Shown piece by piece: positions 1-10,800 of a stretch of DNA of 64,000 nt. Both the position numbers and the translations under genes were made by a program. Each line of letters begins with the position of its first letter. The stretch's first letter is position 1. The notes under the pieces were generated by a model. That model saw nothing but the letters and a program-made list of their open reading frames with translations, was not told the DNA's origin and searched no databases. Origin of the DNA: Alphaproteobacteria bacterium UBA830 (GTDB lineage: Bacteria; Pseudomonadota; Alphaproteobacteria; MPNO01; UBA830); assembly GCA_002295635.1 (NCBI GenBank), contig DBHK01000017.1, positions 25,396 through 89,395 on the forward strand. The letters run 5' to 3'.

Positions 1-1
1 C

Positions 2-166
2 CAAGCTGATATCGGCGGCACTAAAATGGTTATCGACGCCACGAAAAAATGGGACTACCCCGCAGTCTCACTGCCGCCACTAGAAAAGATGCGGGAAGTC
101 GCCGAAAACTGGGACGCATATGACTTACCCGAACTAGACGAACTAAAGCTCCCGCGGGAAGGATAA
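2..166 (+). CDS. UbiD-family decarboxylase, C-terminal fragment (5' truncated by window edge)
   Basis: Frame 2 reads QADIGGTKMVIDATKKWDYPAVSLPPLEKMREVAENWDAYDLPELDELKLPREG*. KMxIDATKKW followed by V..W is the typical UbiD C-terminus. Not in the ORF track. Confidence 0.7.
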   Translation, partial: QADIGGTKMVIDATKKWDYPAVSLPPLEKMREVAENWDAYDLPELDELKLPREG

Positions 167-233
167 CACCAGTTTTCTCGGCCGTTTCTTTTCTTAAACC
201 GGTTATCACCTGCGGGAAAATGACAAAACATAA

Positions 234-1010
234 TCAGGGCACTGATTGCAAAAATGCTGTGACCGTCTTGATAAATGCCTCAGACTGGTCCGCATGAACC
301 CAATGGGAAGCATCCCTGATCGTGACTGTAAAAGCCTCTGGAAACAGCTCGCGAATGCGACTTCGATGATTCACCCTGATATATACGGAGTGCTCCCCGG
401 CTATGAACGCCGTCGGCCCGCCATACCAGGTGCAATCTGGCACTGGGAACTCCGAGATACTGCTCATCTCGGCAGATATCGCCGGTAAATTTATCCGCCA
501 ATGGAACTCGCCGTTAACGCGCTCCAAGTTGGTCATCAAAAACGCCGCAATATCAGCATCCCCGATCTCTTCACGCAGCTTGTCTTCCAACTCCGCCCTA
601 TTCTGTTTACCCGACAGATCGAGTACCTGCATTGCGACGATGTAGTCCATCATGTCGTGGCGGTACGTCACTGGCGCGATGTCAACAACGATCAGGCCTC
701 TGAGTAAATCGGTCTGGTCCAGCGCTAGCCGCATTGCGACCTTGCCTCCCATCGAATGACCCATAACGATCGGATCGACGATACCGTGGGCGGCAATGAA
801 CCTCCCCACATCTTGAGCCATTTCGTCATAGGCCATGGTGGGAGCATGCGGTGATGCACCATGATTGCGGAGATCAAGAACATAAACACGTCGGGTTTCC
901 GAAAGTGAGCGCGCGATGCCGGCCCAGTTGCGGGCGCAACCGAACAGCCCATGTAGCACTATTAATGGTGGACCATCTTTCCCGTATTCATTGAAAGCTA
1001 GATCTAGCAT
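234..1010 (-). CDS. alpha/beta hydrolase, YbfF/ABHD11-like esterase
   Basis: HGLFG oxyanion motif, DLRNHGAS, GHSMGGK nucleophile elbow, C-terminal HWVHAD. Confidence 0.9.
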   Translation of the reverse strand: MLDLAFNEYGKDGPPLIVLHGLFGCARNWAGIARSLSETRRVYVLDLRNHGASPHAPTMAYDEMAQDVGRFIAAHGIVDPIVMGHSMGGKVAMRLALDQTDLLRGLIVVDIAPVTYRHDMMDYIVAMQVLDLSGKQNRAELEDKLREEIGDADIAAFLMTNLERVNGEFHWRINLPAISAEMSSISEFPVPDCTWYGGPTAFIAGEHSVYIRVNHRSRIRELFPEAFTVTIRDASHWVHADQSEAFIKTVTAFLQSVP

Positions 1011-1059
1011 TGGGTCGACGTATCACAGTTAATGCCACTCGTCATAGCCCAACCCTCTG

Positions 1060-1833
1060 CTAATTCATGACCTCACCTCCGTCGATTGTCATAATGTGTC
1101 CGGTAATGTAACTCGCACCGGGGGATAGCAAAAAAACAATTCCTGCAGCAATCTCGTTCGCGGTGCCCAAGCGGGACAAAGGAATGACGGTAGAACGCTG
1201 AGACATCTTTTCGACTATCTCGTCTTCGGCTAAGTCACCCCGCCACAATGGTGTATCGATAGGTCCCGGCGCCACAGCATTCACCCGGATGCCAAGCGGT
1301 GATTTTTCGCGCGCTAGGGATTTTGTATAAGCGAGTATGGCACCCTTAGCTGCGGAATAATGTGCGGTCAGCGACTGGCCACGTACCGCATGGATAGATG
1401 TTACGTTGACGATCGCACCTGCCTTGCGCTTCTGCATTCCTGGCAAAACCATTCGGGTGACCGAGTGCATACCGAACACGTGCACACGGAACATAGTCTC
1501 AAAGTCCGTGTCCGAAATATCTTCCGCGTTCGCCCACTGAAAGATGCCAGCCGTATTGACAAGATATCGGATTGGTCCAAGGACCTCCTCTGCCGCCTCA
1601 ACGCATGATATAACTTGGTGCGGGTCGGTGACGTCTAGGGTTAGTGGTTCCGCAGTCCCTCCGGCGGAAATGATCTTTTCAGCAACCGCCTCCGAGAGGC
1701 TCGAATCGCAATCCGCCACCGCAACCTTCACGCCGTTTGCGGCCAGATGCACAGCGGTTGCTCCGCCGATCCCGCCGCCACCAGTAATAAAAGCGACACC
1801 GTCCGTCGGGTGATTGCCGACAATCTCACTCAT
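1060..1833 (-). CDS. SDR family oxidoreductase (FabG-like)
   Basis: Gly-rich ITGGGGIGG, VNTAGI, catalytic YSAAK, VNAVAPGPIDT. Start placed at MSEIVG (ORF track starts at 1848). Confidence 0.9.
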   Translation of the reverse strand: MSEIVGNHPTDGVAFITGGGGIGGATAVHLAANGVKVAVADCDSSLSEAVAEKIISAGGTAEPLTLDVTDPHQVISCVEAAEEVLGPIRYLVNTAGIFQWANAEDISDTDFETMFRVHVFGMHSVTRMVLPGMQKRKAGAIVNVTSIHAVRGQSLTAHYSAAKGAILAYTKSLAREKSPLGIRVNAVAPGPIDTPLWRGDLAEDEIVEKMSQRSTVIPLSRLGTANEIAAGIVFLLSPGASYITGHIMTIDGGEVMN

Positions 1834-2050
1834 CTCACACCGCCCCATACGATGTTTTTGCCATTTCTTGAGGCTTTTGATCGACGAAGGTACAATTTGA
1901 AGGAAATATTGTCAGGCGCTGGTTTTCTATAGATTTGGTCAATTTAACGATATCCCCGTATTTCTCCATCTTCGCAGCCGCGCGAAGCCGCATCGATATT
2001 TGGCATATTTTCCCCCTTCTCCCTTGGATTAATCCGACTTCTTTACACTA

Positions 2051-2079
2051 ACGCTACGAATGCACCTAACCTTCGTCAA
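2051..2079 (-). promoter_or_regulatory. putative sigma70 promoter toward the SDR/hydrolase genes
   Basis: Minus strand TTGACG-N17-TAGCGT. The 10-mer ttcgtcaatc occurs twice (2072 and 2128), flanking a GGCCGG..CCGGCC hairpin. Confidence 0.45.
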
Positions 2080-2168
2080 TCCCTATAGTAAGATAAAAAG
2101 CTGGCCGGGCTCTCGGAATCCGGCCGTTTCGTCAATCTATATCCTGATTAAAGCGAATGGAGGTTAAC

Positions 2169-2879
2169 ATGACGACATATCTTCTGGTGCACGGAGCATG
2201 GCATGGGGGTTGGTGCTGGAAACGGGTCACAAAACTTTTGCGCGACGCAGGCCATAATGTTTTTACCCCTACGCTTACCGGGCTCGGTGAACGTGCACAC
2301 CTTGCCACTCCCGATATTGATATTGAATGCCATATCAACGACGTACTCGGTGTTATTGAAGCAGAAGAACTCGATAGTATCGTCCTTTGTGGCCACTCCT
2401 ACGGTGGTCAAGTAATTAGCGCTGTCCTAGACCGACAAGTGGGTAAATTCTCCGCTGCTATATGGCTTGATGCGTTCGTACCTCAAGATGGTGATTGCCT
2501 AATGGACGGCTGGCCGCCAGAGCGTATTCAACTTACTCGTGAGCAAGTGTCTAAAACCGGAGAAGGTTGGAAGGTTAATCCTATGTCGCCCGCTTATTTT
2601 GGCGTGATGGATCCACAAGATGCCGACTGGGTACAACGACGTTGCGTTCCACAGCCCATCAAAACTTTTTCTCAACCGATCCGTCTAACGGGTGATTGGA
2701 AATATGTGCCTAAGAAACTGTACCTACTCGCTGAATACCACCCAAATAGCAACTTTGATCGGTTCGCGACGCCACTGAGCCACGAGCCCGACTGGGACGT
2801 CCGACCAATCCCATCGGGCCATGACGTGATGATTGATAGGCCGGATTTGCTGGCAGAGATTTTGCTAGAATTCGGCTAA
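2169..2879 (+). CDS. alpha/beta hydrolase (methyl-esterase/salicylate esterase-like)
   Basis: LVHGAWHGGWCW, GHSYGG, GHDVM. GGAGG SD precedes ATG 2169. Confidence 0.9.
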   Translation: MTTYLLVHGAWHGGWCWKRVTKLLRDAGHNVFTPTLTGLGERAHLATPDIDIECHINDVLGVIEAEELDSIVLCGHSYGGQVISAVLDRQVGKFSAAIWLDAFVPQDGDCLMDGWPPERIQLTREQVSKTGEGWKVNPMSPAYFGVMDPQDADWVQRRCVPQPIKTFSQPIRLTGDWKYVPKKLYLLAEYHPNSNFDRFATPLSHEPDWDVRPIPSGHDVMIDRPDLLAEILLEFG

Positions 2880-3661
2880 ACGGGAATACAATAGTAGTTT
2901 ATTGGGAAACCCGCTTCTGCCCTTGCGGCGTAATTGAACGGCGGTTTGACTGATCCACGAAAATGTTTTTTCACTAACCGTCTCCATGTGACTTCCGGCT
3001 CGTCTTCGCAGAAATATTCAAACCATTTGCAACCTATCGCGACGTGGCCAATCTCTTCGCGGTAAATCACCTCTAGTACGCTAACCGAATCCGTGTCGCC
3101 CGCTTTAGAAAGGCTAGCGATAATTTGCGGGGTGACATCGAGACCGCGCGCCTCCAGCACCAGCGGCACTATGGCGAGGCGCGCCAGCGGGTTCTTTGCC
3201 GTATCCTGTGCCACCTGCCAGAGACCATCATGGGCAGGAAGATCACCATAGGCCACACCCAAATCGGCAAGGCGTTTAGACAACAGTAAGAAATGCTTCG
3301 CCTCATCGTCAAGCACGCTGAGCCAGTCGTTATAAAAGTTGAGCGGCGCGTTCAGGTCCGGAAATCGCACCAGAATATCGGCGGCGAGATCAACAGCGTT
3401 GAGTTCGATATGGGCGATAGCATGCAGCAGCGCGATACGGCCCGCTTCGGTCTGCGCCTTACCGCGCCTCGGCATATCGCGCGGCATCAAAAGATCCGGC
3501 TTCATAGGCCTTTGTGGTCGATCGCGGGGTACAGCGCGTCCTATCTCAGGGATAACCCCAGACCGCCAATCGGAGGCTACGGCCCGCGCAGCCATCGCCT
3601 TAGCCGCCGCATCCCCAGTACCAAGGACGCCGACAACGCGGTCCGATAGGGTCTGTGTCAT
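2876..3661 (-). CDS. ferritin-like domain protein (DUF455 family)
   Basis: LHAIAHIELNAVDLA, DEAKHF, LEARGLD and EEIGHV are di-iron carboxylate-type motifs. Downstream of bcp as in other alphaproteobacteria. Confidence 0.85.
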   Translation of the reverse strand: MTQTLSDRVVGVLGTGDAAAKAMAARAVASDWRSGVIPEIGRAVPRDRPQRPMKPDLLMPRDMPRRGKAQTEAGRIALLHAIAHIELNAVDLAADILVRFPDLNAPLNFYNDWLSVLDDEAKHFLLLSKRLADLGVAYGDLPAHDGLWQVAQDTAKNPLARLAIVPLVLEARGLDVTPQIIASLSKAGDTDSVSVLEVIYREEIGHVAIGCKWFEYFCEDEPEVTWRRLVKKHFRGSVKPPFNYAARAEAGFPINYYCIPV

Positions 3662-3674
3662 CGAGGTACCGTCA

Positions 3675-4139
3675 CTAGGCCCGGGCTGCGTCTAGCACCA
3701 TTTCGACGTGACCTTTTACGCGCAGATTCGACCATATTTCGACAATCTTTCCTTTTTCATCAATTAGGAAGGTGGACCGGACGATCCCCATATATTCGCG
3801 GCCATAGTTCATTTTCTTCTGCCAGACGCCGTATGCCGAGCAGATTTTACCGTCCTCGTCGCTGATAAGCATAAATGGTAGATCGTACTTAGCCTTGAAG
3901 TTTTCATGACGCTTGATGCTATCTTTCGACACACCTAGGATTACGGTGTTCGCTTTTTCAAACTCCTTGCTCGCGTCGCGAAACCCCTCGGCCTCAGCCG
4001 TGCAACCGGGAGTCATATCCCTCGGATAAAAATAGAGAACAACCTTTTTACCCTTCAGTTCCCTCAATTCGATCTTATTGCCGCCGTCCGTCATGCCGTC
4101 GAACGCCGGTGCCGTGTCTCCTTTTCTCAGGATCCTCAT
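3675..4139 (-). CDS. bcp: peroxiredoxin BCP/PrxQ
   Basis: VLYFYPRDMTPGCT peroxidatic motif, GVSKD, RSTFLIDEKG. Confidence 0.95.
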   Translation of the reverse strand: MRILRKGDTAPAFDGMTDGGNKIELRELKGKKVVLYFYPRDMTPGCTAEAEGFRDASKEFEKANTVILGVSKDSIKRHENFKAKYDLPFMLISDEDGKICSAYGVWQKKMNYGREYMGIVRSTFLIDEKGKIVEIWSNLRVKGHVEMVLDAARA

Positions 4140-4819
4140 TTCATCTTCATGAATGTCTCAAGAACCGCCTGCCGTGACGTTGCTGCCACAGCGGCATGGT
4201 AACCATCCTTGTAGGGCATAGAAAAATTATGACCGCAGCCGTTATGGGAGACGATCTCGGCATCCGGATGATCTGCGTAGGCGGCAGAGATTTGGTCGAC
4301 AACCTCCGGCGGAACGACCGGATCTTCAGCGCCAAAATGAAAACTGACCGGACAGTCCAACGGCGGCATCAGACTGAGTTCTTGATCTATAAGCGTACCG
4401 TGAAACGCCCCCGCCGCATCCGCGCCAAGGCGTGAGACCGCGTGTTGGGCATATCGCCCGCCGAAACAAAAACCCAACACGCCAACCTTACCGTTGCAGC
4501 GCGGGTGGGCCCGCAGGGCATTCAACAAATCCTCGACATCTTTATATCCCTGTTCGGAATCGAACACCTTGTAGCGGTTGAAGGCCTTTTCCATGTCAGC
4601 CGTCGGACCCGGCATGACGCGCCAAAAAATATCCGGCACCGACACGATAAAGCCGTCCGCCGCCCAGGCGTCGCTCAGCTCTTTCATCTCGTCATCGATG
4701 CCGAAAATCGCGGTGATCAGCAGGATTCCGGGAATCTTGCCATCATAACTCGGCTCCGCCATATAGCCTGATAATATCTCGTTATTCCGCGTCGTATAGG
4801 TGATGTCCTTGGAAGGCAT
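4136..4819 (-). CDS. dienelactone hydrolase family protein
   Basis: IFGID, GFCFGG Cys nucleophile, G-x-EDP, GHNF. ATGA overlap with bcp. Confidence 0.9.
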   Translation of the reverse strand: MPSKDITYTTRNNEILSGYMAEPSYDGKIPGILLITAIFGIDDEMKELSDAWAADGFIVSVPDIFWRVMPGPTADMEKAFNRYKVFDSEQGYKDVEDLLNALRAHPRCNGKVGVLGFCFGGRYAQHAVSRLGADAAGAFHGTLIDQELSLMPPLDCPVSFHFGAEDPVVPPEVVDQISAAYADHPDAEIVSHNGCGHNFSMPYKDGYHAAVAATSRQAVLETFMKMK

Positions 4820-4843
4820 TCTGGGCTCCCTTACCGGTTATAG

Positions 4844-7807
4844 TCAGTCGTTCTCAATCGTTTCGAAAAACGTTTCGAAATGCGCGGCGCTTTTGGCCGC
4901 GGTAGATATCATTGTTTCCGTAAGAGCCCTGAAGTTAGCCGCCCCGCAGGCCCGCGTGACGACGCGCTTTAGCGCTACCGCAGCACCGTCTTCCGTGAAT
5001 TCTCCATCAACGGTCAGCCGAAGAATACCCTGAAAGTTGCGCCACAGGATGGTCGCGGCTACTAGGTCCGTGGCGATATCGTTGGAGATGAAACCCTTCT
5101 TACCCGCAACGGTGATCGCCGAGGCCGTATCTCCGGCCAGTATTTCCGGCACCTCCGCTGCATGCCGCAATTGCAGGTACTGCGCGATGAATTCAATATC
5201 CACCATCCCGCCGGGTATATGTTTTACTGACCAGATATCCTCAGTACCATGCTCATTCCGTATACGATCCCTCATTCTACGGACCTGACCGGCAAGATTA
5301 ACATGGTCCCGTTCTGCCGTAAGCACGGATTTTACCACGTCATTCAACCTTTCCCTCAAGCCGCCTTCAGCGCTGATGACACGCGCCCGCGTCAATGCCT
5401 GATGTTCCCAAGTCCAAGCATCTGTCTCCTGATACTTAGTGAACGCTTCGAGCGACGAAGCGATCGGTCCCGCATTTCCAGCAGGACGCAGGCGCATATC
5501 TACTTCATACAACCGCCCCTCCCCCGTGGGGGCGGAGACCGCCCCGATGAAACGCTGGCACAAACGGCTATAATACTGACCTGGCGCCAGCGGGTGTTTG
5601 CCGTCCGACTGCTCAATTTCGGCGGGACAGTCGTACACGAAAAGCAGGTCAAGGTCGGAGCCCGGCGTCATTTCGCGGCTGCCGAGCTTGCCAAAAGCGA
5701 TCACCGCAATCTTCCCGCCCGGCACCTTACCGTGCATCTCGGCAAAATTCTTCTCGATCTCCGGCAACAGGGATGTCAGACACGTATCTGCGATATCCGA
5801 CAACGGAATGGAGGCATCCACCGGAGCTAGCCGACCGCGCAGCATATGGGCGCCGATCTGGAATATGCCGTCATTGGCCCACCGTCTCTGGATATCCAAA
5901 AGATCTTGAAAATCCCGAGCCTTAGAGGTTGCTTCGGCCAGCCCCGTCATCATCTCCTCGCGTCGCGGCACGAAGTCGAAGAAATCACGGGTCAAAACGC
6001 CGTCGAGCAGAATCGGATATCGGCTGAGCCATCTGGCTAGCCGCGGCGCGGCGCCCATAATCTCGGCGACGAGATCGAAAAGGCCTGGATGCGCGCTGAA
6101 TAGCGAGAAAAGCTGTACGCCGGCGGGAAGGCCTTCGAGAAATTCGGTGAATCTTCGGAGGGCGAGATCGGGGTTTGGAGAAGAAGAGAAAGCTTCCAGA
6201 ATTGTCGGCACGAGCTCTGTTAGCAACTCACGGGCGCGAGCGCTGCGCACCGCGCGATAACGTCCAGCATGCCAAGTGCGTACGGTATTTAACACGGTCG
6301 CTGGTTCTGAAAACCCCATCTCCGACAGCGTTTTTAACGTGTCGGGATCGTCGTCCGCCCCTGTGAAAACCAGATTCCCGGGCCCACCAAGATCCGTTTC
6401 TCCCTCGAACAATGCCGCATAGTGTTGCTCGACGCATTTTAGATGCCGCAACAGATCGTCGACAAATCCCGTAAGGCCATCATACCCTAGAAATACCGCT
6501 AACGCCTTGAGCCCGTGCTCACTTTCAGGAAGTTCATGAGTCTGCCGGTCTTCAATCATCTGCAGACGGTGTTCGACGCGCCGGTGGAACCTATAGGCGT
6601 CTTTAAGGTCCGCATAGGCATCTTTAGTAACGTGCCCTGCAACAACCAGCCGTTCGATTGCCTCCAAGGTCGCACGCACCCGTAGATCGGGATCCCTACC
6701 GCCCCAAATAAGCTGTTGTGTCTGCGCGTAGAATTCGATTTCGCGTATTCCACCCCGGCCAAGCTTGATATTATGTCCAGCCACAGCGATTTTTGCACCA
6801 CCCCGATGAGCGTTGATCTGCCGCTTAATCGACTGGATATCCTGTATCGCCGCAAAATCCAGAGACCGGCGCCACATGAAAGGTTGCAGAATTTCAAGAA
6901 ACGCGAAGCCGGCTTTTTTATCACCGGCTACCGGGCGTGCCTTAACCATAGCAGCTCGTTCCCAATTCTGCCCTGTGTTTTCGTAGTACATCTCGGCAGC
7001 TAGCACCGACATCGCGGGTGGGGTGGCTCCAGGGTCGGGCCGTAAACGCAGATCAGTGCGGAATACATAACCATCCCGAGTCCGCTCCTCCATCAAAGTG
7101 ACAAGGTCCCGCGAGAGTCGCGTGAATACATATTGTAGAGCATGTTGCCCGGTATACGGTACTACGTCCTGGTCATAGAGAATGATAAGATCAATGTCGC
7201 TTGAATAATTCAGTTCGCGCGCACCGAGCTTGCCCATACCTAGAACAATCAATCCGCTATCTTTCTCAGGATCTTCAGGGTCGGGTAGAGCGAGGTCACC
7301 CTTATCGTGCATCTGTCGTAGCAGTAATTTGCAGCTTGCACCAAGTGCGGCCGCCGCAAAGTCCGAAAGCGCAATTGTAATTGCGTCCAGCGACCAAATG
7401 TTTGCTATGTCAGCCACACCTATCGATAGCGCTGCCCGTCGCTTCGCGATCCGCAAGCGGGCTTTCACCGCGTCAATTGTCTCGTCTCCGAGTTTTGAAC
7501 AATCTCTAGCTGCCGTTAGCGCGGCGGCAAATGCTACATCCGGCCCATCGATCAATAAAACACGCGCAAATTGTTGATCGGATATAAGACACTGACTAAG
7601 AAACGGGCTGTTACCGAAGATAGACGAGAGTAGTTTGTAAGTAGCCCCGTCTTCCAAAGCAGCGGCTGAAAATGCTGCAACAGCGGCGTCGTCAGCACGC
7701 TTCGTTGACTCATTCCAGCGCTCTAAATGGACGGAGAAATGATCCTCACTTGCAGCTATCGGAAGGGATTCGGCGATGAGACCCCATTTTTCGAAAAATT
7801 CTGTCAA
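4844..7807 (-). CDS. glnE: bifunctional glutamine synthetase adenylyltransferase/deadenylyltransferase
   Basis: Two nucleotidyltransferase domains (GMGKLGARELNYSSDIDL...DLRLRP and FGKLGSREMTPGSDLDL...DMRLRP), IKLGRGGIREIEF. TTG start. Confidence 0.97.
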   Translation of the reverse strand: MTEFFEKWGLIAESLPIAASEDHFSVHLERWNESTKRADDAAVAAFSAAALEDGATYKLLSSIFGNSPFLSQCLISDQQFARVLLIDGPDVAFAAALTAARDCSKLGDETIDAVKARLRIAKRRAALSIGVADIANIWSLDAITIALSDFAAAALGASCKLLLRQMHDKGDLALPDPEDPEKDSGLIVLGMGKLGARELNYSSDIDLIILYDQDVVPYTGQHALQYVFTRLSRDLVTLMEERTRDGYVFRTDLRLRPDPGATPPAMSVLAAEMYYENTGQNWERAAMVKARPVAGDKKAGFAFLEILQPFMWRRSLDFAAIQDIQSIKRQINAHRGGAKIAVAGHNIKLGRGGIREIEFYAQTQQLIWGGRDPDLRVRATLEAIERLVVAGHVTKDAYADLKDAYRFHRRVEHRLQMIEDRQTHELPESEHGLKALAVFLGYDGLTGFVDDLLRHLKCVEQHYAALFEGETDLGGPGNLVFTGADDDPDTLKTLSEMGFSEPATVLNTVRTWHAGRYRAVRSARARELLTELVPTILEAFSSSPNPDLALRRFTEFLEGLPAGVQLFSLFSAHPGLFDLVAEIMGAAPRLARWLSRYPILLDGVLTRDFFDFVPRREEMMTGLAEATSKARDFQDLLDIQRRWANDGIFQIGAHMLRGRLAPVDASIPLSDIADTCLTSLLPEIEKNFAEMHGKVPGGKIAVIAFGKLGSREMTPGSDLDLLFVYDCPAEIEQSDGKHPLAPGQYYSRLCQRFIGAVSAPTGEGRLYEVDMRLRPAGNAGPIASSLEAFTKYQETDAWTWEHQALTRARVISAEGGLRERLNDVVKSVLTAERDHVNLAGQVRRMRDRIRNEHGTEDIWSVKHIPGGMVDIEFIAQYLQLRHAAEVPEILAGDTASAITVAGKKGFISNDIATDLVAATILWRNFQGILRLTVDGEFTEDGAAVALKRVVTRACGAANFRALTETMISTAAKSAAHFETFFETIEND

Positions 7808-7898
7808 TTACCCCGTTCCAAAGAGGATTGGATTATCGCACACTGCGGGTTGGACGTTTATAGGTCAAGATTAGTCTGAATTCAGCTATTCTCCATGC

Positions 7899-10800
7899 AT
7901 GCTTCGTAAGATATCCATCATTTTCCTAGAAGTATCTCTAGGACTCGCAGTAGTACTCGGGATTCTCGGGGCGGTTTCTGCGTGGCGTTTATCACAGGGG
8001 CCGGTCTCGATAAAGTTTTTGCTTCCCTACGTAGGGGATATATTGTACCGCACCGAAAGCCCTGTCGGGGTAGACCTCGATGACTTAATAGTTACCTGGG
8101 CCGGCTGGGACCGGGCATTGGATCTCCGGGCGCTGAGAGTAAAGGTCAATTCAAAAAACACCGGACAGCGTTTGACCTACATTCGAGAGGTATCCGTCAC
8201 TCTGAGCGCACATGCGCTGATTCGAGGGAAAATAGCCCCTACTAATCTTGAGATTATTCGTCCGTTTATCCGACTTTCTCGGGAGAAGGACGGGAACCTG
8301 CGTTTTGGTATGGGAGAGCTCACTAGCACATCGGAGGATGTAAATGGGGGGCTATTGGCTGAGTTATTGGACCAACTGTCCGAACCATACCATAACAAAG
8401 ATAGTATCGAATATCTCAAACGGATCAGCGTAATTGGCGCCGCCCTTAGCGTCGAAGACCGGAAAATGGACATTAACTGGGGCGCCGAACACGCCGATAT
8501 CTCCTTAGAACTAGTACCTTCCGGAATTCGCGCATCCTTCGATCTGGCCACCGATTTCAGGACATTTAAACCTGAACTTATTGGTGAAGCACATTACGAC
8601 CGCATCAAACAGACGATTGATATCTCGACGCGCTTTAAAAATTTAATAACTCATAAGCTCGCAGATCGCTTCGAGGTTTTCGATGTGCTCCAGCCATTGG
8701 ACGCCATATTTTCCGGCGAAATCAGGGCCCGCGTGGGGCTTGAAGGTAGAGTCGAGCGTGCAGAATTTGAACTCAAATCGGCCAGCGGCTCCATCAGGAT
8801 TCCCGGCATCGACGCTCCACCTATCACATTTAGGAAAATTACGGCAGAAGGCCACCTCGGTAGAACTCCTGATCAACTTCACATCACAAATCTAAGTGCG
8901 GAGTTCGCCGATGCAACTGCCGAACTTAAGGGCCTTATCACGCGGATGGACGAGATCGCCACGGTAGATGCTTTTATACAGATACCAACCTTTCCAATTA
9001 ATGCGTTAGAGAAATTCTGGCTTCCCGGCATTAGCGTAAACGCCCGCAACTGGGTGACTAAGAATGTGCGAAACGGGTTGATCAAAGGAGCTTCGACCAG
9101 CCTTTCGGCACAGATCGACCTTGCTGGCGAGGATATTGGGGATGTCGATTTGAAATCGATTAATGGTCAGCTTACGATCGAAGATGCGACCATCGATTAC
9201 CTTTCCCCAATGCCGCCGATAACCAATGCCGCAGCCTCCGCCACTTTCAACAATAAACGATTAAATTTTAAAATACATCGCGGACACAGCGGTGAACTCA
9301 CTATCGAGGACGGTACTGTAGATATAAGCGATATCGGCACCCAATCCGTGGCGACGGATATATCCGGTCTTGTGCGTGGGCCTGTCAAATCAGCACTCGA
9401 CATGATCGCGCATCCACGGCTCAGCTTGCTCCAAAGTTTAGGGCTCACGATGGATGGGGTAGAAGGAAGACAGGCAACTCGACTAAAAATAGCGTTCCCC
9501 CTTCTAAAAGATCTGAAAGCCGAGGACGTTTTGCTCTCAGCAACATCGGATATCAGAGACCTGTCGGTCAAAAGTGCGTTCAGGGGTATGCCGATTGATA
9601 ACGGTCGCATAGCACTAACGGTTAACAATGAATCTTTGAGCGCGTCGGGAGAGGCTGTTTACGCCAATACAGCCACCAGCTTTAAATGGACTGAGGACTT
9701 CTCTGGCCGCAGGCCTATAAAGCGACGTCTTGACACTCGATTTATCGCGGGAACCCAGCAAGCGAAGCTTTTCGATATACACTTCCCGGAGATTTTCGAC
9801 GGTTCAGCACCTATACAATTAGTTTACGAGGAACGGCGGGATAATACAGCCGTGCTTTCTGCCGGCCTTGACCTCCAAGACGTCAAAATTTCATTGCCCG
9901 GTCTCGACTGGGTAAAGCTTCCGGGGCTCCCGGGAACTGCGCAAGTTTCCGCATCTCTCCGGGATGGTGCAATCATTACCGTTGATCATTTCCAGCTCGA
10001 CTCCGGCATTTTCTCGATGATAGGAGAAATCACGTTCGCGACGCGTGAAGAGAGAAAGGGTCAGGAAATCGCTACATTACGACTCAAAAAGTTTAAGCTC
10101 GGATTGACCGAATTTTCAGCAAACATCCAGAAGGAGGACCCCGAAGGTTACTCAATCGCAGTTAACGGTCGCGGTTTGGATGCATCACCCTTCCTTCGCA
10201 GATCCCTCAAAGACTTTCACGCTCCGAACCTGCCAAGGTTTCGACTAACCGGCAAATTTGACAAATTCTGGATTGGCTCGGATCTGCCGGCAAATAATGT
10301 TGAATTGAAGATTCGATACGATGGAAAACACTGGCAGAATATTAACCTTAGGGGAGCACTGCCTCGCGGAGGGAAGACCCTCGAATTTCGTATGCTCCCA
10401 GATGAAAGTGGACATGTGATGGCACTCTACTCCGCCGATGCAGGTCTCTTTTTAAAAGCCATGAACATTACCGATACGATCTCCGGTGGATCAATAGAGA
10501 TAGCTGGTATTCGAAAAGATGGATCCGACTCTCCCTGGACTGGAACGGCAGAAATGAAACGGTTTCGCATTGCCAACGCACCCGGTATAGCCCGACTTTT
10601 CAGTATCGCGTCATTTACAGGACTCGGTAATCTAGTGGCTGGACGAGGGATCGAATTTAAACGCTTCCGATTGCCATTCGTATTCGAAAATGATGTCGCG
10701 ATCATAAAGGGGGCGCAGGGATTTGGTTCTGAGCTGGGGGTCACTGGATCTGGTAAGATCGATTTCGGGAAATATGAGATCGATTTAAACGGGACCATGG

